DNA of 63,573 bases, filler included, from Trichomonas gallinae (Eukaryota): assembly GCA_008369845.1 (NCBI GenBank). It is 6 parts of 6 records of this genome, joined end to end, with 100 filler letters (N's around TTAATTAATTAA, not from the genome) between each part and the next. Parts side by side here need not be neighbours in the genome. Positions count along the whole stretch, not along the records: positions 1 to 16,155 come from MRSU01000284.1; 5 more parts are not named here. The stretch is one strand, 5' to 3'. This document shows, piece by piece, positions 1 through 11,882 of the stretch. Made by a program: the position numbers and the translations under genes. The notes beneath the pieces were generated by a model. It did no database searches and was not told where the DNA came from. It saw nothing but the letters and a program-made list of their open reading frames with translations. Position 1 is the first letter of the stretch; each line of letters starts with the position of its first letter.

Positions 1-515
1 AACAATAATCCAAAAAAAAAAAAAAAAAAAAAAAAAATCGCAAAAATAACTCACTAGTGGAGTGTCATTTAAATAGCTAAAATTCATTTCAATAAATCTG
101 AAGATTAAAAGGGGTAGTAGGTAATTTATAGTATTAGTGAGTTATTACCTTTCCTGCATAACAATGATTAAAGCAATAAACAATAAATTGATGCACGTTA
201 AAATGAAATTATAAGTTTGTTAATATGCGATTAACAGATTGCGACATTTCAATAATAATTGAGAATTTATGTCAAAAAGTGAACTGAAATTGAATGCTAT
301 TTTTGACTTGATTAATTAAATATTGATACGAATTATTGACTAGAATAGTTTTATTTCAATAATTACAAAATCTTTCAATATGAAAAAACTAACTTAAAAT
401 TGATATATACTGATTTCAAATCATTCAACTTTTTATCGTAAATTATGAAGTTAACATTTTCCAATACGTTTAAGAAAAATGTTTGCCATCATTTTTATTA
501 ACGTGCCTCAGAAAT

Positions 516-1538
516 ATGAGCGGTGGACTAAATGTAAAATATAAGAAAGATGGAACACTTGATGGAAGATGTCAATATGCAAGATATCTTAAAGAAAATG
601 GAATGAATTATAACTCTTACCCAATTAATTCATCTTCATACTATCCCGAAACATTTACATCGTACTACGCGAAACCCGAAGAAAAAACTAATGAAGAATA
701 CATCAACGGACGTAGAGTTCTTTTCAGACAAGATGGTTACATTGATCAACGTTGTCAATTTGCCAGAGATTGCGAGTCCAGTGGACTGGATCCAGATGTT
801 GAATATGCAAGATACAAAGCAAACCCTTCAGGATACAAAGTTGATCCTGATGCATCTACAGCTAACTACGCCAAACCAGAAGAAGAAACTAATGAAGAAT
901 ACATCAACGGACGTAGTGTTAAGGAAGAAGAGGACGAAAATGAAGTTCCTTTCAGTGGTGTTTTACGAAAAATACCTGCTTCATTGTTCAATTTCGACTT
1001 GTTTTTCGACAAGCTAGGAAAGCTTCTAGAAAAAAGTGATGCAGCTTTTGTGTTGTTTCAACACAGAGTAGAAGCTAAATCAGTCACGAAAGGATCGAAT
1101 AACTCACTGATTGTGCACAACCAACAAACAAATCAATACTACAGAATATCGAAAGGAGATGATAATAGTGAATTTGTTGCAGTGAAAGAACTTACAAACA
1201 AAGAATATGAAGATGATAAGAAGATTGTTTTGGATGAAGACAAAATTTACGTCACAAACTACACAGGTAAGAGGCGACTTGCGATCTGTGAGTTCGATTT
1301 CGGTCTTAAACCAACATTCGAGATCAACATGAGACTTAATGGCAATATTTGTTTGAATTGTGAGACAGCCGGTATCTTGAAGATTCAGAAAGTCGACCTC
1401 AGTGGACTTAAACTTCACTGCGTTTTTGACTCATTTGGTTTTATGACACACGATTGTGCAATGTTCATTGCGTTGTCTCGATATCTACCTGGCAGCGAAT
1501 TTGTTAGTTTTTCAGATATGGATCGTCATTATAATTAA
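516..1538 (+). CDS. Hypothetical protein with two KxDGxxDxRCQ(Y/F)AR motifs and an internal duplication
   Basis: ORF track 483-1538 starts at TTG; the first ATG is at 516. Repeats are KKDGTLDGRCQYAR/RQDGYIDQRCQFAR and YAKPEE.TNEEYINGR twice. Confidence 0.7.
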   Translation: MSGGLNVKYKKDGTLDGRCQYARYLKENGMNYNSYPINSSSYYPETFTSYYAKPEEKTNEEYINGRRVLFRQDGYIDQRCQFARDCESSGLDPDVEYARYKANPSGYKVDPDASTANYAKPEEETNEEYINGRSVKEEEDENEVPFSGVLRKIPASLFNFDLFFDKLGKLLEKSDAAFVLFQHRVEAKSVTKGSNNSLIVHNQQTNQYYRISKGDDNSEFVAVKELTNKEYEDDKKIVLDEDKIYVTNYTGKRRLAICEFDFGLKPTFEINMRLNGNICLNCETAGILKIQKVDLSGLKLHCVFDSFGFMTHDCAMFIALSRYLPGSEFVSFSDMDRHYN

Positions 1539-2258
1539 ACATTGTAATTTCTTAAGTTAAATATGCTAAGTTGTTATTTGAAAATTAGAAATAATATTAT
1601 TTACATAGAATCTTATAATGACTATATTTAAGTGGTGTTCATGTATATAACCGATTGACAATATGGACATCGATTAAAATATCTAAGTTTTACAAAATTG
1701 AATTAATTCTATTCTTGCGCTAAAGCCAAAGATGTGGACTCTCAATTCCAACTTTTATCAAAAATTTACTAGGATAATAATTGTAGTCTATTAAAATAAG
1801 TGATTAGAACTGAATTTTCAATGTAAAGTAGCGCATCCTCTAAAGCCAGCGGCAATATATTCAAATAACGTAAATATACATAATCAAACATGGAAATGCA
1901 TCTGATTTTAATAATATCAAAAAATCAAAAAATATTTTTCGGAATTTAGACTAATTCTTATCAAATTATGAAATAGCATGATATAAACTATACAAATATC
2001 AACATAAAATTCCAAAATTATCGAAGGAAAAAAAAATCAAAAAATTTTTCCAAAATTTTTCGAAAAAAAATTCAAAATTGCTTGTGATTTCGAATATATA
2101 CGGGTCAAAGATAATAAATCTACTAAAGATTCATGGAATAAATCGAAGGAAATATTTCTTCACATATATAGGTCATTCTCAACATATAGATGCTAAATCA
2201 ATAAAAATTGTACCCAAATAAAAATTATTGCAAATTAACCTTATTAATCATATAAAAA

Positions 2259-2966
2259 ATGGAATTAGATCAAGAAGCTTTTTCTCGGCTCCAAAAACTA
2301 CAAAATGAGAATGCGGAGTTACAGGCGAGACTCGAACAGCTGAAAAAGATGCATTCCCCGCAAGATGATGAGCCAAAACAAGTTGATCCAGAAAATAATC
2401 CTAAACTCCTCGAGCAGCAATACGAGAAGGAAAGGGATGAAATAAAAAATCTCAAAGGTGAATTAGCGCGACTAGAATCAAGGAAAGCTTCACTTGAAAA
2501 AAATCTCGAAAAAGTATTAAAAGAATATCACGATAATCAAATAGTCGAAAAGGCTGAGGATGAAGCAACAAAGAAATTCTATGACAATCTTATTGATAAA
2601 TGCGCACAATATTGCGGAGATCATCTAGCTGAGCTTAAAGAAACAATTAGTAAATACACGAATACTAGGACCAAGGTCTTCAATGTCACTGAGGAGTATG
2701 AAAAGGTCCAACGTATGATCAATTTTATCAACATGCAAAAAGAGGATGTTAATACGATTGAATCAGCATCCAGAGGTATGGCTTCTTTGCTGCTTCCTCC
2801 AGAAGCGAGCGCGCAATATGAAAATTCTAATATTGGCCAACTACCTCCAATGCCAGGCGATCCAGCTTACGTGAATCACGTTAAGCAAACAAGAAGGAAT
2901 CCATTCGCTAGAGCGAGTGTTAATATTAATAGAAGATATTCATATTCTCCAGGAGCCATGGAATAA
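2259..2966 (+). CDS. Coiled-coil hypothetical protein
   Basis: 235-aa ORF rich in E/K/L/Q heptads; Inr-like TCATA just upstream of the ATG. Confidence 0.8.
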   Translation: MELDQEAFSRLQKLQNENAELQARLEQLKKMHSPQDDEPKQVDPENNPKLLEQQYEKERDEIKNLKGELARLESRKASLEKNLEKVLKEYHDNQIVEKAEDEATKKFYDNLIDKCAQYCGDHLAELKETISKYTNTRTKVFNVTEEYEKVQRMINFINMQKEDVNTIESASRGMASLLLPPEASAQYENSNIGQLPPMPGDPAYVNHVKQTRRNPFARASVNINRRYSYSPGAME

Positions 2967-3419
2967 TTGCATTGTTTTAAGAAATTAGTAAAATGTATAC
3001 GCCGTTGTTTAATTATTTACCATTAAATTTTACAATTAAGAAAAAAACATTTTTGGACTAATCGCCGCTTTCGATTTAATATCATAAGCTATTTCAATAA
3101 TTACAATAAAAAACGTGATTTGAACGAGTTATTTTCGAGATTAATATCATATTTGACAGTATTTTCGTACTCTCCTAGGGGTAAGGATGTCGAATATTCA
3201 AGAATCACCGCTCCGGAAGATTTTTTAGTGAAACCCGTGCTCCTTTTCGAACAAAATTAAATATTAATAATGTAATATATTCGATTTGCATTAATTTTGA
3301 AAATTAAACATAAATATCAATAAAACTGCTAAGTAATATCATAAAAGTATATTCTGAATCACCTCTATTTTAATTTTTAATCAAAAAATAATTTTATAAA
3401 AATATATACAAAAATTGCT

Positions 3420-4361
3420 CTATTTGATATCTGATATAGATGTATCAAGAGTATCAACAACTCTCTTGACCTTCTTTGTTGTTGTTTCTAAAGCTTCTAT
3501 AGCATCTTGATTATTTTTAAGCGCAGCTGCAAGAATTCTTAGTGTTTCCCTATCAACGGACATCTGTGAGTGCTGTTTCTGCTTGTCTTTCATCATTTGG
3601 CTTTTAACTCTGAGATTTGAAATCGCGCTATTGAACATTCCAGGGCGATTTAAGTCTAAATGCTGCTGCTCGAGCTTTGTAAGCATCTTCCTTTCTTCAT
3701 CGTTCAAATTATTGCCTTGGTTGCGTTCAACTTCTTCTTTTTCGACGACTTGTATCATCAATTGAGATATAATTGTTGTGTTTTGCTTGATACGCTCCAA
3801 AGTTCCGCAAAGTTCTGTGGCGTAGTAAGCTGTCATCTCGCGCAGCTTCGATTGTATTAAAGCCATTCTTTGAGATAATTCTTTTTCGATTGCTTTTTGA
3901 GCTTCGACTCTCTTATGGAGAGCTGCGAAGCCGTAGATTGCTGTAGGTACGAGGTGCTCTGGATCTGGGCAGTCCTCCATGATTTTTACCCATTCATTGA
4001 GCTCGATATTTGCTGGACATTTCGGCGGTTGATCATTTGTCTTTTTATTGTAAAATACGTAACAGAATTTATATCCTGTAGATTCTGGGTTGTAAGCAGA
4101 TCTAATATTCCAAAGTCTTTCAAAAATTGGATCCTTCTTAAGTTGGGCTGTATATTGTGGCGGCTTCGCTGCACCGAAACTGGATCCAAAATTACCAGTA
4201 CCAAAACCACCGGTGGTGGTTGATGTACCATTTCTAGCACCAGTTCCAAATCCAGATCCAGTTCCAAATGTAGATCCAGTAGAGCCAGTTCCAAATGTAG
4301 ATCCAGTAGTACTTGAACCAAATGTAGATCCAGTAGCTGTTTTGTTGGCTCCAAAGCTCAT
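3420..4361 (-). CDS. NUP54: FG nucleoporin, Nup54/Nup57-like
   Basis: N-terminal GSTFG/GFG repeats, then a Y.F.YVFYN...W......P.P..LVP....GF..L..R segment and coiled coil typical of Nup54. Confidence 0.75.
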   Translation of the reverse strand: MSFGANKTATGSTFGSSTTGSTFGTGSTGSTFGTGSGFGTGARNGTSTTTGGFGTGNFGSSFGAAKPPQYTAQLKKDPIFERLWNIRSAYNPESTGYKFCYVFYNKKTNDQPPKCPANIELNEWVKIMEDCPDPEHLVPTAIYGFAALHKRVEAQKAIEKELSQRMALIQSKLREMTAYYATELCGTLERIKQNTTIISQLMIQVVEKEEVERNQGNNLNDEERKMLTKLEQQHLDLNRPGMFNSAISNLRVKSQMMKDKQKQHSQMSVDRETLRILAAALKNNQDAIEALETTTKKVKRVVDTLDTSISDIK

Positions 4362-5261
4362 AATGTCACTTTTTAGATCTTTGACCTCTTTTTTTATCTT
4401 TCTTTTTGATGTTTTATGATACAGAAATATATATATTTCTCGATATAACTTTAATATTAAGTTTTATTTCAATAAATTCAAAAATTCTTTATGGTAAATA
4501 GTATTAAACTATTGTTGCAATTTATTACAATAGTTCTTTTAATACTATATTCTGGCTCCCATAAGATAATTCTAAATTATATTGAAATTCAATAATGATT
4601 CAAATATGAATATGTAATTTTCTTATCTTCAAATATAAGAATTGCTCATTTAATATTATATTCTGACTCCCATAAGACAATTATTAAATATATATTTAAA
4701 ATAAATATTGTGTCTAATATTGTTGTCCTTACTATGTAATTTTACAATAGATTCTCTCTGTATATTATATTACATAATGCATGAAAGCAAAAAATATGAT
4801 GATATTTTTGATTGATAATAAAAAACATATTTTGTTATATAATAAACAATATTTGTCATTAAATCGTTCAATTATATAAGGCTCTTAATGTATTTTTCAT
4901 ACGATAGAAATGTATTTTTTCTATTTTGAATTATAGATATTATCTTAATTAATCAAAGATATCATATTTTAATAACCAGTATATAACTAAAATAATAGTG
5001 AAAATGTATGAATTTTATTTAAAATTTTTGCAAAAAAAAAAATGTAAAGCAAATGTAAACTATTAAAAAAAATGAATAGTTTACAAATCAGGTATGTATG
5101 ATTTATAAATTGATTTTTCGATCCATTAAGCAATAAAATTCTCTTGAGAATTGTCAATTACTGGAGAAGCTGCATCTATATTTAAAATATCTCAGCTATT
5201 TGTAAAGAAGATAAATAAAACTGCTTCAGTTTTGTAAACATTTGTGAAAAAGTGACAATAG

Positions 5262-6665
5262 ATGCAGTCTCGGTCAACCAGTAAGGAACCGGACAGCAAA
5301 AACGCGAAATCATCACATAATGATGATAACAGGCCTGAAGTGTTGACAAAAAAAGCATCAGGTGGCTCAGTTTCGAGACATAAATTATCCGTTAATAAGA
5401 TATTGGAGTCTCAACAACAAATGAAAGCACTCGAAGAATCAAACGGCAAGCTTCACATCACAAATACAGGCGTTATAGAAATTGATAAAGTATTAGATGA
5501 TGATCAGCGCAAATTTTCGAATGCGACAAATCAAATTCAAAATTCACCATCGAACAAGTACAGATTCGGTAACAGCAAGTATTTGATGACGACAGATGAG
5601 GAATCACCCAGCCAAATAGAATTTTCAGTTCCTGAAGGTCAACACAAGCATCCAGAACCACCACAAAAGAAAAGCAATGACAGTAGAAATCTTGATGATC
5701 TAGATATTAGTACTCCAGAGCCAGAACCAAAGAAAACGAAATCAAAATTACCAAAACCACCTCCAGATTTCCATGCTCATGCCAACCAAAGATCAAGGCA
5801 GCTGAAATACGCATCTTCTATATCTACAGATACGATTACAACTTCTGATGAACAAAATCAAAAAAATCAAAACAAAACAAATTGGAATCAGCAAGCGGCT
5901 GAGAGCATTAGAAAGGAAAGCAATGCGAAGCAAAATGATTCTCCTGTTAATGTTGAAGAAAATAGACAATCAAATGTTTCAAATAAACCCTCGAAAGTTA
6001 TTACGAAGCCTAATGTACGGAAAAGAACTCTATCAAGAAATAACTCTGCGAATTTTTCTACGAATTCACCAAATAATGCTCCTGACAGAAAATCAACATT
6101 AATTTCAGCATCATCATCGAATCAAAGCATGTCATCGCTCACAAGTGAAGATGCTCCATTAAGAGAACCTACAAAGCCATTAAGAAACAGATCCAGAAGA
6201 TCTCCGATAAAATCTAAAAAATCTCCTTCGAAACTGCCTCAGCAAGAGTTGAATGATGATGAAAAGCCAGTTGTTGACGATAGTGACAGTGATGAACTTG
6301 AGAAAACTAAGTCTTCAACTAAACGAAATCTATATTTCTTTTCTGAGGCGAGTGACGAGAACAGACAACAACGGTTGAAATCAAACCGTCCAGCTCCACT
6401 AATGACTTCATTCCCATCAAGAAATAAAGCAACGAGAGATATCAATCAAGCTCTCGATGAAAGAAATGAAGCAATTGGCATTGAAAAGTTTGTTTTATCT
6501 AATGAAGACTGTCTTACAAAGAATGGCAAAGGAAAAGAATACATTCCTCCAAATTGGGATATTAAGTGCGTTAAAATCCCAGCGCCAAACGATGCTAAGT
6601 ATATTCATGTGAAGCAATCTACGTATTCAATGTCATCAATCATGAATGGCGTCAAACGTACTTAG
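5262..6665 (+). CDS. Low-complexity S/N/K-rich hypothetical protein
   Basis: 467-aa ORF; AAAGTGAC motif at 5249-5256 directly upstream of the ATG. Confidence 0.8.
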   Translation: MQSRSTSKEPDSKNAKSSHNDDNRPEVLTKKASGGSVSRHKLSVNKILESQQQMKALEESNGKLHITNTGVIEIDKVLDDDQRKFSNATNQIQNSPSNKYRFGNSKYLMTTDEESPSQIEFSVPEGQHKHPEPPQKKSNDSRNLDDLDISTPEPEPKKTKSKLPKPPPDFHAHANQRSRQLKYASSISTDTITTSDEQNQKNQNKTNWNQQAAESIRKESNAKQNDSPVNVEENRQSNVSNKPSKVITKPNVRKRTLSRNNSANFSTNSPNNAPDRKSTLISASSSNQSMSSLTSEDAPLREPTKPLRNRSRRSPIKSKKSPSKLPQQELNDDEKPVVDDSDSDELEKTKSSTKRNLYFFSEASDENRQQRLKSNRPAPLMTSFPSRNKATRDINQALDERNEAIGIEKFVLSNEDCLTKNGKGKEYIPPNWDIKCVKIPAPNDAKYIHVKQSTYSMSSIMNGVKRT

Positions 6666-6855
6666 AAATATTTTGTTTTTTATTATTTGTTTTATATTTT
6701 ATGTGTGTATTTAATAAATTTCTTCTATTCCGTGAATATTTTATTATTTTATTTTAACAAGTCTATAAATTCAAATATTAATCGCATTTGGGAAATCAAA
6801 ATCAATGCTTTTTTTAGCCGACTAGAAGTGATGAATCACTATCTCTTGATATTCT

Positions 6856-7893
6856 ATGATAAGCTGCATGATAGCATATCATAAGATATCAAGATACTGT
6901 GATTCATTTCAAGAATTGATAGTTAGTTATATAAATATTTTATATCACAGTTGGGAAGAGTTTTATGGTACATCAGAAGTTGATTATATCAAAAGAACAA
7001 ATGAAACTAAAGCAACTAGAATAACTGCAATAAATGAAAGTTACTATGTATCATTTTGCAATTTTATAAGAATTAAATCAACTGCTATAAAACAATATAC
7101 AGAATCAGATGACACAAAATTACTTGTTGAAGACAGCTCATATACATCATTTTTGGACGGATCAATAAGATTCGGCGGAGATGGATATGGCATCCAAAAC
7201 AGAGTTTGTAGTCTTAAATCTCAGGCCAAAAAATGGGGTGTGTTTGGGTCTTTTGGCGGCTTTTATGTCGATATTAAATTAATTGGTTCATCATTATCAT
7301 GCTCTGGTGCAAATACAGGCATAGGAGAAGGAAATTTTGCTTTTTCAAATGGTCGATATAACATTTCTTCAACAAACATATCACACGCATTCATTAATCA
7401 GTATTGCATAATTGTGAATCGTTTTACGCACTTTTCTTCAAATGCTTCATTTTGTACTTTTGCAAATAATAAACAAAAAGATGATGCAACCCCATGCACA
7501 TTACTTGCATATAGTTATGATGGTTTTCTCATCAATTCTTGTAGTTTTATCAATAATACAGGAGGAGATTTTTTAATTTTTGCAGATGATAAAGTTCCTA
7601 TATCAATCAAAATTTGCAATTTTGAAAACAACGTTAATAAAAATAATACAATATACCAATTTTCAGGAAGATACAAAACTACATGTGATAATTGCTACTT
7701 TGGTCTAAATCAAGATGTATCAGGAAATGTGACAACGAAAAATAATGCTTTAAATAAAAATGATCTCGACTTTTATCATTTTATTACTTATCAATGCATA
7801 TATGATCCTACATTTACAGATGAAATTGACCAGATGCATATCAACGATTTTATGATTCTTTCGTTTTTTGTAAATGTAGTTTATAATAAATAA
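6856..7893 (+). CDS. Trichomonad multi-copy family protein (Cys/Asn-rich, beta-helix-like, hydrophobic C-terminus); start uncertain
   Basis: 345-aa ORF with SWEEFYG and repeated CxFxNN motifs; hydrophobic tail. Confidence 0.6.
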   Translation: MISCMIAYHKISRYCDSFQELIVSYINILYHSWEEFYGTSEVDYIKRTNETKATRITAINESYYVSFCNFIRIKSTAIKQYTESDDTKLLVEDSSYTSFLDGSIRFGGDGYGIQNRVCSLKSQAKKWGVFGSFGGFYVDIKLIGSSLSCSGANTGIGEGNFAFSNGRYNISSTNISHAFINQYCIIVNRFTHFSSNASFCTFANNKQKDDATPCTLLAYSYDGFLINSCSFINNTGGDFLIFADDKVPISIKICNFENNVNKNNTIYQFSGRYKTTCDNCYFGLNQDVSGNVTTKNNALNKNDLDFYHFITYQCIYDPTFTDEIDQMHINDFMILSFFVNVVYNK

Positions 7894-8174
7894 ACAATTG
7901 ATGTTTAAATTCACACCAGTATATTTCTATAATTGCATATTGGAACAATTGAAAACACCTGATTATTTATCATTTTGATTTTCATGTGCAGGAATTGAAC
8001 GCATCAATCATGATATAGAGTCAGGTAGGTATAAATTTTGAAAGTTTAGATTAATAGGATTAAAATTACAAATGTGTTCTACAAGTAAAAGAAAAACAAT
8101 TACAAAAATAATTTTGACATGTAAACTAAAAACTGTAATGTAAATTTACAAAAGTGCGGTTTTGACAAAATTTA

Positions 8175-8882
8175 ATGAGTAGATTTGCTGCTTTGAAGTC
8201 TTCAGGCAGCGAAGACGATGAAGCAGACAACCCCCTGCAAATGCTAAGCCCCCGATATTCCATACAAGAGATATTAAACACATATAAACCTTCATCAATT
8301 TCACAAGCACCAACAGAACTAATGTCACACGAAAACGTCTACATAAAAGATATTCAGAGCCCAGAGTGTAACACATTTAAGCCGCCAAATAGTGAAATAA
8401 ATGTTCCAGCGAGTGTTCTAAATGCAAAATCTTCACCACGCCAAGTTCAAACAACACAGACAAAGCGACAGATTCGCGCTTCTCCGAAAGGTAAAAAACT
8501 TGATGCAACAAAACCTTTCTCAGAAGAAGAATTAGCAAATTCATGGTTTTACAAAGACCCAACAGGTCTTATTCTCGGCCCATATTTACCACATCAGATG
8601 CGCACATGGCTTGACAAAAAGTATATATCAGCATCTTTGGCTGTTTGCCAAGGATCAGCGAACGGACCTTTTAAACCAATTTCTACGATATTCTCAGACC
8701 AAAATCTCGCGTTTCAAGAAAGGAAATACGGTTCAACACAAGTTGAAATTCAAAAACCTGTATATTTAGAGCCGCGTCGCCAAGATAAAAAGTTATCTAC
8801 GTTATATTCCTTTACTATCGATGAAAAGGAAGATGATTTGCTTGAATGTTGGGAGAAAACGGATAATTTGAATTTTAAGTGA
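8175..8882 (+). CDS. GYF-domain protein
   Basis: WFYKDPTGLILGPY...MRTWLDKKYI matches the GYF signature W.Y.D..G..QGPF....M..W...GYF. Confidence 0.8.
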   Translation: MSRFAALKSSGSEDDEADNPLQMLSPRYSIQEILNTYKPSSISQAPTELMSHENVYIKDIQSPECNTFKPPNSEINVPASVLNAKSSPRQVQTTQTKRQIRASPKGKKLDATKPFSEEELANSWFYKDPTGLILGPYLPHQMRTWLDKKYISASLAVCQGSANGPFKPISTIFSDQNLAFQERKYGSTQVEIQKPVYLEPRRQDKKLSTLYSFTIDEKEDDLLECWEKTDNLNFK

Positions 8883-9399
8883 TTCTATCTTTCGATTTGT
8901 AATATTTTTGTTATCTTTATTGCCTAAATATTTGTGAATTATTATAATCAGCATGCTGATAATCATCAGTACGCGAAATTGACTACGAATATTCTTAGTC
9001 AAATTTCTTATTTTTATTTTTTTGATTTCATATCCAAAAAATCATACCAACTCTGAATAGCAGATAATTAACAACATCAAGCATATGTTAATAATAACAA
9101 CAAATTTAAAATATGACAAAAAAATAAAATTGGTCAAATCCAAAAATTCGATTAAATCACAAAACACAGCAATATTAAATATTTTTGGATATTTTATGAA
9201 TACTATCACACATATTTTTGATCAATTTCAAATTTTAAGAAAAATTTTAAAAATTTTTGTGATTTGCAACAGTGTATTACAAATATTTTTATAATTTATA
9301 AACTGAAAGATAAATATTTGATATTCGCCATGTTACATCGAAATATCAAAAAATAATATAAAAATGAAAATATTAACAAACTAATATTATTCACAGACC

Positions 9400-11052
9400 T
9401 TAGTAGTATCCTCTTCCGTATCCGCCACCGTATCCACCTCCATAGCCAGAGCTGGATCTTGTCATACTTCCACCGCCATATCCGGATCTTCCGCCACCAC
9501 CGCTGCTGCTTTTGCCGACTGGTACTCTTCTCAGAGCTCCACTCTGCTCGTATTCTTCCAAGCCTTCTGGGATCGGAAGATTCTTGGAATGAAGATGAGC
9601 AACGAGTTGAGCGAGGAAAGCGTTGTTGGACTCGTTGAAGAAAGATGTTGCGAGACCACGTTTGCCTGCTCTGCCTGTTCTGCCGATTCTGTGTGTATAT
9701 GTATCGAGATCTGTTGGAAGGTCAAGATTAATGACGTGTGCGACGTTGCTGATATCGAGACCACGGGAAGCGACATCTGTAGCGACCATAATGTTTGCCT
9801 GTCCGGTCGTAAACTGATGTAAAGCAGCCAATCTTTGATTCATTTGGCGTTCACCGTGAATTGCGACGACTGCTGTCTGTTCTTCGTAAAGGAATTGCTC
9901 AATACGGTCGACTGATACCTTACGTTCTGCGAAAACAAGCGTTGGTCCATCAACTTCTCTTATAATTCCTAATAACTCTGAGAATTTATCAACCTCTGAG
10001 CAGTAAATGAATCTCTGTTCAATGGACTTTGGCGCATCCTGCATACCAACTGAAATGCGCGAAACATCATGTCTCATGAAATCTCTCGCGAGATTCTTGA
10101 CGCCTTCTGGGAATGTCGCTGAGAATAGCATTGTCTGGCGCTCCTCAGGTGGCGGCATATCCCAGCCGTTGATAACTTCCTGCATTTGAGGCTCGAAACC
10201 CATATCCAACATTCTATCTGCTTCATCGAGGATTAAGAAGCGAACCTCGTGTAATGTAATGCAGCGCTGTTTGAGAATATCTATGAGACGACCTGGTGTT
10301 GCTATGACGATATCTATTCCGCGATTTAAATTTTTAATTTGATCCATAATTGGAGCACCACCGAAGACGCATGTTGTCTTAAGATCTGTTCCTTTGCAGA
10401 ATTTCCTTGTTTCTTCGAAGATTTGAATTGCAAGTTCGCGAGTTGGGCACAAACAAACGCAAGAAGGATTCCTTGAGTTGCAGGTGCCAACGAGCTGTGT
10501 AATGACAGGGAGCATGAAGGCAGCTGTTTTGCCTGAACCTGTTTGTGAAGTAACAATTAAATCTTCTCCTTCTAAAATATAAGGAATTGAATAGCGTTGT
10601 ACTGGTGTTGGTATTTTATATCCGTTGCGTGCGACGTTTTTGAGGACTTCATTTTTAATGCCGCATCCTGGGAAATCAGAAATCGGGTCAATCCTGATTC
10701 CTGATTCAACCCTGACATCGGCACCTTCGTAGACTGAAATATCTGGTCCGTCTGTGCTTTGTTTATTTCTGTTGAACATTTCGATAATTTCTTCGTCTGT
10801 TACGTTTTGTATTGGCGCAGGCATGGATCTGCTTCGCGATATTTGATTGTCATTTCCACCCTGTGGGCCTCTACGAACAGGATGCTGATATGGAACATCA
10901 TAGCGATTGTAGCGCTGATTATCGCGCCTATAGCCACCGTTGTCATTATATGGACGGTAGTCCTGCCTTGGCGCCTGCTGGGGCGCTGGCTGTGGTGCCG
11001 GTTGTGGCGCTCTGTTTCTTAAGTGAGGGGGAACATATGCTCCAGAACTCAT
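9400..11052 (-). CDS. DDX3: DEAD-box RNA helicase, DDX3/Ded1 subfamily
   Basis: YVPPHLR N-terminal motif, Q motif, QTGSGKT, PTRELA, TPGRL, DEAD, SAT, HRIGRTGRAG and a Gly/Tyr/Arg-rich tail. The ATG is at 11052 (the track start at 11061 is TTG). Confidence 0.92.
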   Translation of the reverse strand: MSSGAYVPPHLRNRAPQPAPQPAPQQAPRQDYRPYNDNGGYRRDNQRYNRYDVPYQHPVRRGPQGGNDNQISRSRSMPAPIQNVTDEEIIEMFNRNKQSTDGPDISVYEGADVRVESGIRIDPISDFPGCGIKNEVLKNVARNGYKIPTPVQRYSIPYILEGEDLIVTSQTGSGKTAAFMLPVITQLVGTCNSRNPSCVCLCPTRELAIQIFEETRKFCKGTDLKTTCVFGGAPIMDQIKNLNRGIDIVIATPGRLIDILKQRCITLHEVRFLILDEADRMLDMGFEPQMQEVINGWDMPPPEERQTMLFSATFPEGVKNLARDFMRHDVSRISVGMQDAPKSIEQRFIYCSEVDKFSELLGIIREVDGPTLVFAERKVSVDRIEQFLYEEQTAVVAIHGERQMNQRLAALHQFTTGQANIMVATDVASRGLDISNVAHVINLDLPTDLDTYTHRIGRTGRAGKRGLATSFFNESNNAFLAQLVAHLHSKNLPIPEGLEEYEQSGALRRVPVGKSSSGGGGRSGYGGGSMTRSSSGYGGGYGGGYGRGYY

Positions 11053-11811
11053 TTGGACCAACGATTATTTCGCCTTCAAATTTAAAAATTTTGATTTGTC
11101 AGTTTTCTTTTTTCCAAGTTTTTCATTAAAATTACAACTACTACATATCATATATTTCAAATATATTTTTTAATTTATTATATTGATTTTTATGATGTTG
11201 TTCTATCTTATATAACATACAAACACTAAATATGAAATATAAATTTTTTGATCAGAAATAAAATTTTGTTTGAAGACAAAAATGTCACGTTTTTAAATTT
11301 GGTGTCAAATTTGATTTTTTCTAATATACCGAATAATTTTTGGTACATAATGGAGTGTGGATCATGATATTAAGGACCAGTGGAGTGAATAGGCAAGGTT
11401 AAACGCAAAAAGTCAAAAAATTTGAAAAAATTAAGAATTATACGATAAATTTGTATAAGAAATGAAAATAGCATATTACAATCTAGTCCTTATCAACCAT
11501 ATTTTTGATTGCAAATATCCATTCTTAATTGTTTACTACTAAATTTTTCTTTCAATTGAAATTTACGTCTTACCATATTAGAAATGAAAAATGCACATAA
11601 TATTATAATCTTTACAATCTAATCTTTTGGTTGCAAATATCCATTCTTAATATTTTATTACCAAAATTTTCTTTCAATTGAAATTCACATCTTATCGTAA
11701 AAGTGAACAATGAAAAGATGATCAATTTTATAATTAAATAGTATAGAAGTGATATATCATAATCATAATAAATAGATATATTGATGAAATTATGAAAAAA
11801 AGAAAAAGTAA

Positions 11812-11882
11812 TGCACCGCCCGGGAATCGAACCCGGACCCCCACCTTGGCAAGGTGAAATTCTACCATTAGACCAGCGGTGC
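11812..11882 (-). tRNA. tRNA-Gly (GCC)
   Basis: Reverse complement GCACCGCTGGTCTAATGGTAGAATTTCACCTTGCCAAGGTGGGGGTCCGGGTTCGATTCCCGGGCGGTGCA folds into a cloverleaf with anticodon loop TTGCCAA; T-run downstream. Confidence 0.95.
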
